DNA from: Octopus sinensis
Taxonomy: Eukaryota
NCBI RefSeq assembly: GCF_006345805.1
Contig: NC_042998.1
Span: 62,620,001-62,684,000 of the forward strand
Length of the DNA stretch: 64,000 nucleotides
Direction: 5' to 3'
Shown in pieces: positions 1-13,598 of the stretch. Position 1 is the first letter of the stretch. The number at the start of each line of letters is the position of its first letter. The notes beneath the pieces were generated by a model that was not told where the DNA came from, searched no databases, and saw only the letters and a list, made by a program, of their open reading frames with translations. The position numbers and the translations under genes were made by a program.

Positions 1-312
1 ACCTACATAAGGTGCCTCACAGTGGCACTGAATGCAAAACCCCTTGGTTGTTAGATTCTTAATCACACTGTTGTCCCTACACTTTGCTATTACACCTTTC
101 TGTTTTAGCCACTGATACACATGAGACGTTGCGATGTATTTAAAAGATCTCAGATGGACGCTTTTGTTGAATTCTTATGAATTTTGTTGAATTCTTCTGA
201 ATATGGCTGTTCAGCATTAATTAAACTACACATTGTAAAATATTCAATTATCTATCGGCACTTATATTGGCTTCAAATTTTGACACAAGGCCACAAAGTT
301 CGATGTGGGTGG

Positions 313-488
313 GTGGAGGTTAAGTCGATTACACCGACCCCAGTATACAACTGGTACTCATTTTATCGACCTACGAAAGGATAAAAGGCAACTTTGACCT
401 CGGTGGAATATGAACTCCGAACGTAAAGATGGCGGAAGGTCACTCAGCATTTCGCCTGTAGTGCTAACAATTTTGCCAGCTCGCCACT
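313..488 (-). mobile_element. tRNA-derived SINE, family A (GGCGAGCTGGCA head), diverged copy
   Basis: Reverse complement matches the copies at 40972-41822 (GGCGAGCTGGCA...GAGTTCA.ATTCC.CCGAGGTC...GGGGTCG.TGTAATCGACTTA). Confidence 0.75.
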
Positions 489-1477
489 GTGGCGTCTTAT
501 ATTGACTCCAATACTAGCAACCGTCACATAATATCCTCTAAGGTAGAGAGTATCTGAAAAAAAAATTTTTTAGAAGGATTTTAAACTTGTTAAATTTATG
601 TCGTTTATTTTCGTCGACTTATCTCCCTTTACAAAACAACGTCGACATCAAACTCTCGTTATCCCAAGCTCGCATATAACGTTAATTTGATGAGACACGT
701 TGTTTGTTATACATGCTTTTAAACATTTAAATGATATTTACAAATGTCACAATTTGAGACGATTCAGTAATTCAGAAATTCTGTAATTCTGTAATTTTAG
801 CCATTATGTTTTGAAACCTTTTTGTTGAATCAATAACAGCCCAGTGGAGTTAGAGATCTAGCTCATTATTTGCACACGTTAACGTGTTTAAAAATATTGT
901 GAACTAATGACTACAGGGTCAGAGTTAAATCGTTTAAATATAGTTTGTCCATTTATTTTCGGACAGAAAGCTATTCCCAAAAATATGCATACCTTGTAAA
1001 AATTGTTAATAATTCTCGAAGAAGAAAAAGAAAGGGTGGTAAATAAAAGAAACTTAGAATTAATCACTGAAAAAATTTGTCCTTTGACGGCAAGGATCAA
1101 ATATCGGCATATTTTAGTCTTTTTGGCCCACATCAGCATATTATAGACTACTCAAGTGTCTTTCGAGTTCAAAAATTTTAGCATATAGACTATAAGAGCT
1201 TTTCTCCATGATATGTAACTATATTTTGAGAATTTAATCCCCTTTTTTGGTGGTGGTTTGCTAAATATTACCGATAAGATTTTTGTTCTTTATTTTCAAA
1301 CTGAAAAGTGGGGAAAAAACACAAACTTCAGTTGAGTTTGAATTTAAATGAAGAAAGAAGTGCAACTGACATTACAATAGTGATTTATTCCATATCTCAT
1401 ACAATGTTATATAATATATACCATAATATATGAATATATGAAATAATAGTCGTATAATCCATTCGCTTCTGCAAATA

Positions 1478-1702
1478 GAGTAATCCCTCGCCATATCACT
1501 GTTCGCTTATCGCGGTTTATTATTTAAGCTCACCTCGATTCCTCCGTGGTGTTGTTATGCATGTATGATAAAATAAATATATACAAATTATAAAAATGTT
1601 AATTAAAACAAAATACACTACAGTACTGCTTCTACTTCGCAGATTTTCACCTATCGCAAGGCGTTTCGGAATGTAATATCCGTGATAGTCGAGGGATTAC
1701 TG
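1478..1702. mobile_element. pogo/Tigger-type MITE
   Basis: Terminal inverted repeats AGTAATCCCTCG (1479) and CGAGGGATTACT (ending 1701); about 225 bp; non-coding. Confidence 0.6.
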
Positions 1703-1811
1703 TCTCATGAAATGAAAATACGATCGACCAAGTGGTTATTTTGGGATTGGTTCATGTGGGCGTGTATACAATATGTAAATAGACAGAACATGTAATTATC
1801 TTCTCAATCTG

Positions 1812-1812
1812 T

Positions 1813-1902
<90 letters not shown>
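1812..1902. repeat. (TATC)n microsatellite
   Basis: Direct reading. Confidence 0.95.
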
Positions 1903-2121
1903 GTGTGTGTGTTGATAAAACCAGTACTAGTTGAAAACAGGGGTCAATGCAATCGACTTAACCCCTCTCCAGAATTGCTGGCCTTGTGCCAAATTTTGAA
2001 ACCAACATTCAAATAGAAACCATAGCGGCGCTACAGGACTTGCATTAGCATCATTTAAGATTCGAAGCGATTAGTTACGTCTATCAACAGCGACTGATTA
2101 ATGATCGATTATCTCACCTTA

Positions 2122-3090
2122 CCAACTGCCCCATCCCGGGTCGACCTTGAGCAACTTCAACACAAACAAAGCATTCTATAGTGGATTAGTGGAGGGGAGG
2201 TACGACGACGATCTCGGGGCGAACCTGGAATACCTGACCCACTTGTATAAGATGTCTTTCGGGCCGGGACCCATGGACAACTTCCAGAGATCCCTGGCCT
2301 GGCAGTGCTACCGAGAAGCGCTACCCGTTCGGGATAAACTCTACAGACACGGCTCGAGAAACACGGGGCGGACCTGGCTGAGATGCGGTCAGAGCGACGA
2401 AACCGTTCTGCACGCACTCGTGCAGTGTCCAACACACAATTCCGACCTGTGGGCTTATGTCGAACAACTGCTGTCACGTGTGGGATGAGTCGGTTTATCA
2501 GCCGAGTCTATCGTCAATATCGTCACGGGAAGGAAGAGCTATATTCATCATCCTTGTGGCTATGGCGAAAGAATGTATCTGGTGGACGCGTCTGAAAGGA
2601 TCAGAGACAAACACTTTCCTCTCTGGTCAATCTCTCATCAACTTCTTCAGGTATCACTTGAAAAGGAAAGTGAGAGTAGAGAGGCAAGTTTTGTCGAGCG
2701 AATGTTTCAAAAAAAGATTGATGAATGTAGCAAGGATGGCACGTATGAATGACGAAGCCACTTTGAGCATAATCCTATGAACCCGGAAAAATTGAAAACA
2801 GAGAGTTACTTACTTGCAAATAAATGTGTTAACATGTGACATTATTGACCGAGGTTACTGCGGGTCTTTTCTGTAGGCTTTTCTTTCCACAGAAAACTTT
2901 ATCTGTTTCCCCTTTACACTTTACATCATGACATTTCTGTGATACACGATCCCTATTGATCGTTTTTTTACGACCCCTTTTGTTCGAAAACCTACCCCCG
3001 CCTTTTTTCTTTTTTTCTCCTCAAAAAGAAAAGCTCTACTTTGAAATTTGTCCCCTCTGTGTTCAGCCCTGTGTGGCTAATAAAGAAACA
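2122..3090 (+). mobile_element. L1/Tx1-clade LINE, 3' fragment (copy 1)
   Basis: ORFs 2147-2488 and 2457-2780 encode the C-terminal CCHC-like knuckle region (RCGQSDETVLHALVQC); 3'UTR ends CCCTGTGTGGCTAATAAAGAAAC; same family as 5931-7874 and 24231-26104. Confidence 0.85.
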
Positions 3091-3106
3091 TATCTCTCTA
3101 CCAATG

Positions 3107-3469
3107 TATGTACCTACCTACCTACCTACCTACCTACCTACCTACCTACCTACATACCTACCTACCTACCTACCTACCTACCTACCTACCTACCTACCTA
3201 CATACCTACCTGCCTACCAACCTACCGACCTACCTACCTATTTACCTACCTACCACCGATCTACCTACCTACTTACCTACCTACCTATCTACCTACCTAC
3301 CTATCTACCTACCTACCTACCTACCTACCTACCTACCTACCTACCTACCTACCACCGATCTACCTACCTTCTTACCTACCTACCTACCTACCTACCTACC
3401 TACCTACATACATACCTACATACCTACCTACCTACCTACCTACCTATCTGCCTGCCTACCTGCTTATCC

Positions 3470-3535
<66 letters not shown>

Positions 3536-3545
3536 ATATCTACGT
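3107..3545. repeat. compound (ACCT)n/(TATC)n microsatellite
   Basis: Direct reading; source of the TYLP/SIYL pseudo-ORFs. Confidence 0.95.
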
Positions 3546-3802
3546 TCGTACGTACCTATGTATGCATGTACGTATTGTATAAATGTATGTATGCATGTAT
3601 GTATGCATAAATGCGTGTATGCATGTATGTATGTAAGTATTTATTTATGTATATATGTATGTATTTATCTATCTATGTATCTACCTAGCTACCTGACTGC
3701 CTATGTAATTATCTATCTATCTAACAATATATCTTATTTAACCCGCTTAATACTTTTCTATGAACAATATACTCACACCACACACACACATACACACACA
3801 CA

Positions 3803-3833
<31 letters not shown>

Positions 3834-4516
3834 TACGTGCACGCTCTACAAACACCCAAGACATAACGTCACCAGAGTGTTACTAAGCAGAGGATACATT
3901 AGTAAACATGTCCCTTCATACATCTTTTCCTCCCCAGCTCCTATCCATTCATCCCCACATTACTCTCCTCCACTATGTCACTGTAAATGTAATTTACAAG
4001 ATGTTAATTTAATTTCAGGTAAAGATTTTCGGATAAGGATTTCAACTCTGTGTATTTGAGCACCAACAAATTCACTAACACAGCACCGCAAGTTATACTA
4101 ATAGACTTTCTCCGATTGTTGGGTGCGTTAGATAGAGCGAACCGAATATTTATTCGTTTGATCAACACCGCTTTTCGGATTAACCACAACTTTACACTTT
4201 GTGATTACTGGAAATTTTCACCTTCCTGATCTTCAAAAGAATGTGCAATCTGCCCGGATATATTTTCTTGTGGATTGAAAGAAAGGAGTGGTAATACCAC
4301 TCAATGTAAGAAACACGCATACACACGCATATATACACATAGGTACGTGCACACAACCACACACACACACAGGTGTGCATATACACATATACACATGAGT
4401 GTATATTGACACACTCATACATCGACACAAACACATACTAGAGAATATATACAAATGTAAATATACGCGAGTACATGAGTGTGTGAGGATATATACCTAT
4501 ATATATATGCGTGTAT

Positions 4517-4517
4517 A

Positions 4518-4575
<58 letters not shown>

Positions 4576-4576
4576 C

Positions 4577-4645
<69 letters not shown>

Positions 4646-4650
4646 AATCA

Positions 4651-4724
<74 letters not shown>

Positions 4725-4725
4725 A
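4517..4725. repeat. (TATC)n microsatellite
   Basis: Direct reading. Confidence 0.95.
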
Positions 4726-5514
4726 AATAAATAAATATAAATAAATAAATATATATATATATATATAAATAAGATACAAAATACAAAAATAAAATATATA
4801 CATTTATATACATACATACGTATATATATAAATGTGTAGCTATATATACATATATATCTATCTATATAATAATGTATATAATATATATATATATTAATAA
4901 ATATGTAATATATGCATATGCACACACAAGCAAAGCACCCCACCACACACACGCACACATACACATACATATATGCGTACATACATACGTACATACATAC
5001 ACATTGATACATACAAACACGTATACATTACGCGCACACTTGCATATATATCTGGGTTCATAGGAACCACCTATGCTCACCAGGATGTGTTCCTATGTAT
5101 TTATACGTGTTTGAATGTGCGTATTTCAGTTTTACATGTTTGCATGTGTTCACCCGCGGCCATCTTCATGCGCATGCGCGTGTTTGTACGTGTTTGCGTG
5201 TGACGTATGCAGGTAGGGTGTGAAACTGGACCGAGATGAAATAAGAAAGGATGTGAAGCTAAGAACAACTGCCTGAGTGAACGGATTATGACTGTTGACA
5301 CCAGTTTTTTGTACAACATCCATGTGATAGCACACCTTTGATCTTCAAATGAAGCTAAAATTCTCTGAAGGCCGCAAAGATATCTGAGATATCTACGTTT
5401 ATACACCTATATGCCAAAAACTAGACGTATTACATATGTGATATGAAGTGAATATGAATATCAATCTATCTATATGTAAATCAATTCAATACCCCCACAA
5501 GCTTATATCTTTCT

Positions 5515-5815
5515 TCCTTTACGTGTTTCAGTCATTAAACTGCAGCCATGCTGGAGCACCGTTTTGAAGAAATGTTGTTGGACGAATCGACCCCAGTACA
5601 TAGTTTTATTATTTTTAAAAGCCGGTACTAATGCTATCGGTCTCTTTGACCGAACTGCTAGGTCTCGGGAACATAAACACATCAGCACGGTTGCCAAATG
5701 GAGGCGGGGGCCAATCATAGACACAAAGGCTCACGCGTAGATGTGCAACATAGTGGGACTGAACTCAGGACCATGCTGTTGGAAAGCAAATTTCTTACCA
5801 TCGAGCCACGCTTAC
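5515..5815 (-). mobile_element. CORE-type tRNA-derived SINE, family B (OR2-like), diverged
   Basis: Reverse complement has a tRNA-like head (GTGGCTCGATGGTAAG...GAGTTCAGTCCCAC) and tail CGGTGCTCCAGCATGGCTGCAG...TGAAAC. Confidence 0.75.
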
Positions 5816-5825
5816 GCCTATGTCT

Positions 5826-5829
5826 GTCA

Positions 5830-5911
<82 letters not shown>

Positions 5912-5930
5912 TTATCTATCTATCTATTTA
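5826..5930. repeat. (TATC)n microsatellite abutting the Tx1 5' truncation
   Basis: Direct reading. Confidence 0.95.
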
Positions 5931-7874
5931 TCGAGACCTTTCGACATCGCACGTTCGGTCCGTCAGGGATGCCCCCTCTCGTCGCTTCTATACGTATTGA
6001 CTCTCGAGCCACTATTGCGGAAGCTGGCAACTCTGAGGGGCATCCCGCGAGAACTGGGATGCGGGACGAGCGTGTCTGCATACGCGGACGACGTCACCGT
6101 CATAGTGTCTAGCCACGAGCACATCGAGCAGGTCGGCGAGACACTGAAAAACTACGAAGCGGTGACAGGAGCAAAAATCAACCGGGAAAAGTCAGTGGGC
6201 TTGCGACTAGGCACCTGGAGAAGCAAGCCCATGCCGTCTACCATCGCCTCCGTTGTGGGACGCTGGACCGACGGTCCGGTCGAGTTGCTCGGGGTCTGGT
6301 TCGGTCCGGACCTCCAAATGGAGAAGAACTGGAACGAGATAACGAGTAGGGTGGTCACTCTCGCCCGGCAATGGGTCGAGAGGAAACTGTCCCTAAAAGG
6401 TCGGGCGGAGATGGCGAACACGTACATCGTGTCCGTCATCTACTACCGCCTGATCGTCGTGCCTTGTCCCGACCCTACCATCACCAAACTAGAACGCATT
6501 CTCTTTCGCTTCTTGTGGAAAGGATGCATCCCGATGGTCAGGCGATCCATTTGATGTCAACATCCGTTAAAAGGAGGACTAGCATGCCGTGGTTGATGAT
6601 GCGCAGACACGCGCTGAGACTGCGACATTTCAGGCTCTTCGTAGACGACGGTGAACAAGTATGGTCGCCGTTTGTGAGGCATGCTCGTCTCCATGACCGA
6701 ACTCCCGCAGCTCGTCTCCATGACCGAACTGCAATCGTGGATCAAAAAGAGGCCGAGGAAGGGCGAATGGCACCGCGAGTGTCGCGTTGCTCTCAAGCAA
6801 CTCTGTCGTCCTGGGTCAACCTTGAGTGACTCCATCACAATCAAAGCATTCTATAGGGGATTAGTGGAGGGGAGGTACGACGACGAGCTCGGGGCGGACC
6901 TGGACGTCGACGAGGAATACCTGACCCGCCTGTTCGGGACGACTTTCGGGCCAGGGCCCATGGACAACCTCCAGAGATCCCTGGCCTGGCAGTGCTACCG
7001 AGAAGCGTTACCCGTTCGGGATAAGCTCTACAGAGACGGCTCGAGAAACACGGGGCCGACCTGCCCGAAATGCGGTCAGAGCGACGAAACCGTTCTGCAG
7101 GCACTCGTGCAGTGTCCAACAATTTCCGACCTGTGGGCTTATGTCGAACAACTGCTGTCACGTGTGGGACGAGTAGGTTTATCAGCTGAGTCTATCGTCA
7201 CTATTGTCACGCCTCCTTCCTTCAAACGGGAAGGAAGAGCTATTTTCATCATCCTTGTGGCTATGGCGAAAGAAAGGATTGGAGACAAACACTTTCCTCT
7301 CTGGTCAACCTCTCATCAACTTCTTCAAGTACCACTTGAAAAGGAAAGTGAGAGTAGAGAGGCAAGTTTTGTCTAGCGAACGTTTTAAAAAAAGATGGGC
7401 GAATGTAGCAAGGATGGCACGTATGAATGACGAAGCCACCTTGAGCATAATCCTATGAACCCAGAAATTGAAAACAGAGGGTTACCCACTTGCAAACAAA
7501 TGTGTTAACATATAACAATATTGACCAAGGTTACCGTGGTCTTTTTCGTAGGCTTTTCTTCCCACGGGTAAACCTTACTTGCTTTCCCCTTTACACCATA
7601 CATCATGACACTGTGAAACACGATCCCTATTGATCGTTTTTTCCCCCTTCCCCTTTTTTCCTCTTTTGCCTTCTTTTTTCATTTTTCTTTTCTTTTGGTC
7701 CTTTTCCCCTTTTTGTTTCCTTTTTTTCTTTTTTTTCTTTTTTTGTTCTTTTTCCCTTTTACGATCCCTTTTGATCGAAAACCTACGCCATCTTTTTTTT
7801 TCTCTCCCAAAAGAAAAGCTCTACCTTGTAACTTGTCCCATCTGTGTGCAGCCCTGTGTGGCCAATAAAGAAAC
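5931..7874 (+). mobile_element. L1/Tx1-clade LINE, 5'-truncated (copy 2); ORF2 RT C-half plus zinc knuckle, frameshifted
   Basis: SVRQGCPLSSLLY, YADDVT, INREKS, LLGVWFG, LSLKGRAEMAN and CPKCGQSDETVLQALVQC motifs in ORFs 5820-6554 and 6681-7376; pyrimidine-rich 3'UTR; AATAAAGAAAC end followed by (TATC)n. Confidence 0.92.
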
Positions 7875-7992
<118 letters not shown>

Positions 7993-9205
7993 CATACATA
8001 TACATACATATACATACATATACACAGAGGCACCTATAATAAAAAGTAGTACTGGTGGAATGTACCAGTGAAGAACTCAATAAAATGTAAGTACAACAGA
8101 CCTATGATGACTTGGGATAGAGAATAGAAACTGTGCACAGTTGTAGAAATTGGCTGCCCATTTAACATATGTTAACATACGGCTGAAATTCCAACGAAAG
8201 ACCTTCTCTCTAGTTGCAAGAAATCTTGAAATAAAACTGAACAATGGCATATATATATATATAAATAACTTATAAAGAAGGACAAAAGAAAAAATTCTAC
8301 TTCTATCAGTCAAGTTTCCAGATTATCCTTACATTTTAGGTCCATTAATTTGAGACTATTTAAATCTGGCTGTCCATGGCCCCAAAAATGTATGCTAAGA
8401 GCGCTATATATTGTGGGAGAAAGCTAGCGGATGTGTACGAAAAGAAAAACAAGAAAAAAATACACACGAAAAATGTTACAAATACAAACAACAAGAAAAT
8501 AACAACAGGTGTCTTTCGACTAATAGAGACAAATCAATTTGAGCTGGCGTGTGTGGAATGAAAACCTTGAGGCAGGAACATAGATGAACATCATAGATGA
8601 AAGTCGAGATAGAGGAATAGGAGGTGCTTCGTATCTGGCAGTCGAGCCAAGAAGGAAAGATCATGTTTGGCCAAACACCGGTCCCGTGGAAGGAAAGGAG
8701 AAACGTAGGGGCAGAAAGATAGAAGAATTAGGGGGAGGACGAAAAAGAGAAAAAATCAAAGGGACATAGAGAAGGTACAAGGTAGATAAACGATAAAAAA
8801 TAGGTAGCTTAAAGAAAGAGAAGGGCAAGAAATGTGAGAGAGGGAGAGCGCGAAAAAGAAAGAGGGAAAGAAAGTAGAAAGTAGGAGGAAAGAATAAAAT
8901 TTGAGGTGGACTAAAAGTATGTATATATATATAAGTATGTATGCATGTATATTGTTGTTAAATGCTCGAAATACGGGACTAGAGAAGCAGCCAACAACTG
9001 ATGATGGGTCGTACTTTATGGTGTTTCTTTTGTTTTCCAATTGTGTCTTTCGTTGTTCGAAAGAATAGTTCATGTTCCATGTACTTGTGCTTCGTATTGT
9101 TTTGGTGTACACGTTTTCTGACGTCCTGTGCCCACATATGCATATATATATTTATATATATATACGTATGAATGTGAGATGTACATATGCCGTATGTATA
9201 CATGC

Positions 9206-9257
<52 letters not shown>

Positions 9258-9623
9258 TAAACGACAGAGAAATAGTTTGATGAAATAATTAGATTTAGAA
9301 AATTCAAATATCGCGACCAATATTTTCGTATGTTAAAGGCGGAGCTAAAATTCTGCATGATCTTAAAGGATTTATTTTGCATTTTGCATTAATGCGGGCA
9401 GGTAAGTAATTTACTTATCATAAAATATAAAAATGTAAATTACATACATGTGTTTAAGTTACGAAATAATTTGTCATGATATTAAATAGGTAACTTAATC
9501 TACCTTATTGTTAAATGAAATTTCATCAAAGTATTTCTCTGTCATGTATTTATACGCTCATCATTTTCTCTTGTATTAAACTATGTATTCTTTTTTAGGT
9601 TTGTAGAATGATACATTAACGAG

Positions 9624-9660
<37 letters not shown>

Positions 9661-9663
<3 letters not shown>

Positions 9664-9897
9664 TTTATTTTAAGCAGCAGAAAATTCAACAAATCTGTTA
9701 CTCGTCTGATTTTCCGTTGCCGTTCATCAGACAGTTTTTGCTAGAATGGAACCGATATATCAATTCAATCTAGACTCTTACAAACGCTACACCTTTAAAA
9801 AGAATGGACTTGTTGATTGGCCCTTTAGAAAAAACGGTCATCTTCGAACGATAAACAAAAGGTCAAAAATATATGTATATATATATAAAAAAAACTT
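9661..9897 (-). repeat. Inverted copy of the Penelope-like pseudo-LTR
   Basis: Reverse complement of about 12640-12865 with a few indels; joins directly to the truncated ORF at about 9898. Confidence 0.85.
9695..9734 (-). ncRNA. Hammerhead ribozyme motif, degenerate copy
   Basis: Reverse complement reads ctgt-CTGATGA-acggcaacg-GAAA-atcagacgag-TA-acag; stem III disrupted relative to 12796-12833. Confidence 0.5.
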
Positions 9898-9902
9898 GAA
9901 AT

Positions 9903-11731
9903 ATGAGAGAAAAAATTAAGGAGATTAACGACTCGAATAAGTTCTTCGTTAATTCTGATAAGACAAGGAACTTATATGCACTTGATAAGGACGTTTATAA
10001 GCGCCTGATTTCGAATAGTGTCACAGACACATACAAAAAGACAACACGAATATACAAAGAGGTGAACTTAGAAGCAAGAGGAATAGCTAACGATCTTAAG
10101 ATTAGCGATAGGATTGAATATCATTCACCACGACCAGCTTTTATTACTCTGAAAGACCATAAAGCCAATTTTAAGTAGAAACCCCAAATGTAGATTGATA
10201 AATCCGGCTAAAACTGAGATAGGAATTATTAGCAAAAATATTTTGGACCGTATTTTAGTTAAGTTAGATAGTGAAGTAGACTTGAGAATTTGGAAGAATA
10301 GTAAGTCAGTCATAGAGTGGTTTAAAGGTATTAGCTATAAGAATAATTGTAGTTTCACGCAATTCGACATTATTGACTTTTACCCGTCAATATCTAGGAC
10401 GTTGCTCCTAAGGGCATTGGACTTCGCCAGCAGTATGTCAACATCGATAGCTCGGAAATTGATATTATTATGCATGAGAGGAATCGCTTCTTTTTTCGAG
10501 GATTCCACCTGGATTAAGAAGACTGAGGATTCTCTTTTCGATGTACCGATGGGGGCATACGACGGGGCTGAGTTATGTATGCTCATAGGAGCCTTTATTC
10601 TCCATAATCTAAAAATAGAATTCCCATTTATAGACGCAGGTTTATATAGGGATGACTGCCTTATAGCCACGCATAATCTAAACGGCCATGAATCAGATAG
10701 AATTTGGAAGGACCTCATAGCTTTCTTTCAAAGGATGGGCTTACGGATTACGATAGATGCTAACCTGAATAGTGTAGATTTTTTAGACGTAAATTTTAAT
10801 GTAAGATCGGATAGATTTAAACCTTTCTGTAAGCCCAATGAAAAGCTATCGTATATTAGCAAAGATTCGAACCATCCACCAGTTATCCTTAGGAACTTAG
10901 TCAGCAATGTAGGTAGAAGAATATCTTCAATTTCTTCGGACGAGGCAGCATTCCATAATGCTGCACCTTATTGCGATAGCGCATTAAAGAATAGTGGATT
11001 CTCTGAGAAGATCCAGTTCAACCAGCTTAATGCTGATAATAATGCTGCACGAAGAACTAGGACCAGGAAAGTTTTGTGGTTCAACCCGGCTTTCAATTTG
11101 GCCGTAAAGACTAATATAGGTAAGGAATTTTTGAGATTAGTCTCTAAGCATTTTAAGCAGGGTCATAAATTCTATAGGATATTTAATAGAAGAACCCTGA
11201 AGGTTAGCTATTCTTGTTGCAGAAATTTCGCCTCTTACATTAGCCAACATAATAGGAAGCTAATTGAGATTAGACATGGTGCCGAGCCCATTAAGAAATG
11301 CAATTTCAAAAACGAAAGCTCCTGTCCGTTAGAAGGGAATGTCTAGTGAAGGAGGAGTTTATAGAGCCAAGGTGCAAGTGGAAGGCTCATCGGAATACAG
11401 ACATACACAGGGGCTTCAGAAAATTCATTTAAAACAAGATTTTATTCTCATGAAATTCATTTAAATACCCAGAGAATAGGAAGAGGACCAGCCTAGCAAA
11501 ATATGTCTGGGAACTAAAAGAAAAGGAAGCCCAAGCTTTCAACGTGACATGGAGCATTCTGGACAGGGCGGCACCATATGGCATGGAGCATACAAAAATA
11601 ATTTCAAGTGCAAACTTTGTCTATTAGAAAAAATGTACAATAATTCTTTGAATCAAAGAAGTGAGCTAATGAACTTATGTAGGCACGCGGCTAAATTTAA
11701 AATGTCGAATATAAATATACCATATGGATAG
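9903..11731 (+). pseudogene. Penelope-like element polyprotein (RT plus C-terminal GIY-YIG endonuclease), 5'-truncated and frameshifted
   Basis: SDKTRNLY motif, FDIIDFYPSI, PMGAYDGAELC, LYRDD, VDFLDV, SNHPP, WFNP; after 11346, broken frames give VYRAKV...YTGASENSFKTRFYSH, TSLAKYVWELK, CKLCLLEK...LNQRSELMNLCRH. Confidence 0.9.
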
Positions 11732-12639
11732 AGTATATATTTTGTATTTTTGATTTTTGAAATTTTGATTTTGACTCTTGAACGATGAGCGCTACGATAG
11801 ATTTGGTTTCCAAGCTATGCGGATCTTAATCCGTATAGCAAAAAGTCTTATATTTCTACATATACATCAGGAAAAACCCTCGAATTTGTTTTCATGTTAT
11901 TGTATTGTATAGGATTACCTTGATTATTTATATTACCTTGATTATTTATAAATGATTCAAAATAGGGTGTTATATTTTATTTTATATGTCTTTCGTATAT
12001 ATTTTTATTAATGCACCCATTCTTTTAAAAAAAAGCAATGTTGTCAAAATTAAAATGTTGATGTAAGTATGTGTATAGCCAAGAATATGTATTTGTAAGC
12101 ATGCGTATCTGCGTATGTGTAAGTGAGAGTATGTTTGTGCTTAAGCACGCATATACACGACTATGTGTATGTATCCATTCGAACTTGTTTGTATACTTGT
12201 CTCCATATATGCCAATAACGCCGTTACACAGCCTGTATACATAATTTTTTCTTATTTCGTTTTTTTCGCCACCCCTCCTCCTTCGTTCCTTTTTCTCTCT
12301 CTTCTTTCTTTCTTTCGTTCCCCCCTTACTCATTATGAGAGTCGCTACATAGATCATTTTTAACTTGCGTGCGAGATGGTTTTGCGTGAATATATGTACA
12401 CATGCATTTATGTGTATATTTAAGATTTATATTCATACGTCTGTATATGTATGGCGTGCGCACATCCTTCCGTTTGTGTATGTTGATATATATACGTACT
12501 TTTTAATATAAATATGTATTGCAGTGTAATATTTATAACAGGTTTAATTTCTAGGAATTAATTTATACTTTCTTCATTAACGTCAATATGTATTTTATTC
12601 AATGTAAGGTTTTTTCCTCGGATTTTATAATTTTTTATA

Positions 12640-12925
12640 AGTTTTTTTTATATATATATACATATATTTTTGACCTTTTGTTTATCGCTCGAAGATTGAC
12701 CGTTTTTTCTAAAGGCAATCAACATTTCTTTTTAAAGGTGTAGCGTTTGTAGAGTCCTAGATTGAATTGATATATCGGTTCCATTCTAGCAAAAACTGTC
12801 TGATGAACGGCAACGAGAAACTCAGAGTAACAGATTTTGTTGAATTTTCTGCTGCTTAAATAAAGCATATTACTCTACCACTGGTATTTGAGTACTCTTG
12901 TTTCCACCTTGTTTCACATTTATGT
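12640..12925 (+). repeat. Penelope-like pseudo-LTR / 3' terminal repeat carrying a hammerhead
   Basis: Inverted homologue of 9661-9897; hammerhead on the same strand as the ORF; ends in (TA)n. Confidence 0.7.
12796..12833 (+). ncRNA. Minimal type-I hammerhead ribozyme
   Basis: ctgt-CTGATGA-a-cg-gcaa-cg-a-GAAA-ct-cag-ag-TA-acag; stem I CUGU/ACAG; GNRA-capped stem II; GUA triplet at 12827-12829. Confidence 0.7.
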
Positions 12926-13237
12926 GTTTACTCCGGTATATATATATATATATATATATAATGTAAATGTATATGTAGAGGGTTGGAAAAGAATACGGGA
13001 GTTTATATGTATAAGCAAATATGTATAATCTAAAATAATTTTATCATAAAATAACATTTTAATACCGGTTTCAGTCATTGAGACTTTTTCAACTCTAAGT
13101 ATGGAAAACAATTAAATGATGAGTGTTTTAAAAGAATATCTGCATAGTATTCAAATACAAGGAGCATTTTCCTTGTTTCTACCTGTATCTGTCTCTCTTG
13201 TTTACTTTTGTGGGTTCGAGGTCGTTATGAATTCTTG

Positions 13238-13385
13238 GCAGAAGAAGAAGGAGAAGAAGAAGAAGAAGGAGAAGAAAAAGAAGAAGAAGAAGAAGCAGCA
13301 GCAGAAGAAGAAGAAGAAAAAGAAGAAGAAGAAGAAGAAGAAGAAGAAGAAGAAGAAGAAGAAGAAGAAGAAGAAGAAGAAGATG
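13238..13385. repeat. (GAA)n microsatellite
   Basis: Direct reading; source of the poly-K and poly-E pseudo-ORFs. Confidence 0.95.
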
Positions 13386-13526
13386 AAGAGAAGGATAATG
13401 AAAGAATGCGGCTGTGTTATGAAGTATTTGAATGTTAAATGGGCCTGAGAGTGACTTGTTGTGAACAGTAGTAGTGATTGAATTCTTTTGAATGTATTGT
13501 TTTTAATATATATACAAATATATATA

Positions 13527-13598
<72 letters not shown>

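Noticed and set aside
2956-4734. Long ORFs with TYLP/SIYL/HT repeats, and similar YI, CV, poly-K/E/I/L ORFs throughout the window
   Set aside because: They are translations of stop-free microsatellites, open in several frames, with no domain content.
5820-6554. (SIYL)n read in frame into the Tx1 RT as a possible fusion protein
   Set aside because: A chance consequence of insertion into a stop-free repeat; the RT is truncated and ends at a premature stop.
8998-9030. CTGATGA as another hammerhead (also at 54610)
   Set aside because: No stem II followed by GAAA and no closing stem I nearby.
9395-9410. Strong splice donor CAG|GTAAGT
   Set aside because: No convincing upstream acceptor or coding frame; such motifs are frequent by chance.
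10170-11731. Selenocysteine recoding of the Penelope-like ORF, as known for some Naiad elements
   Set aside because: The breaks I examined are frameshifts rather than in-frame TGA, the domain order is RT-EN, and no SECIS was recognised.
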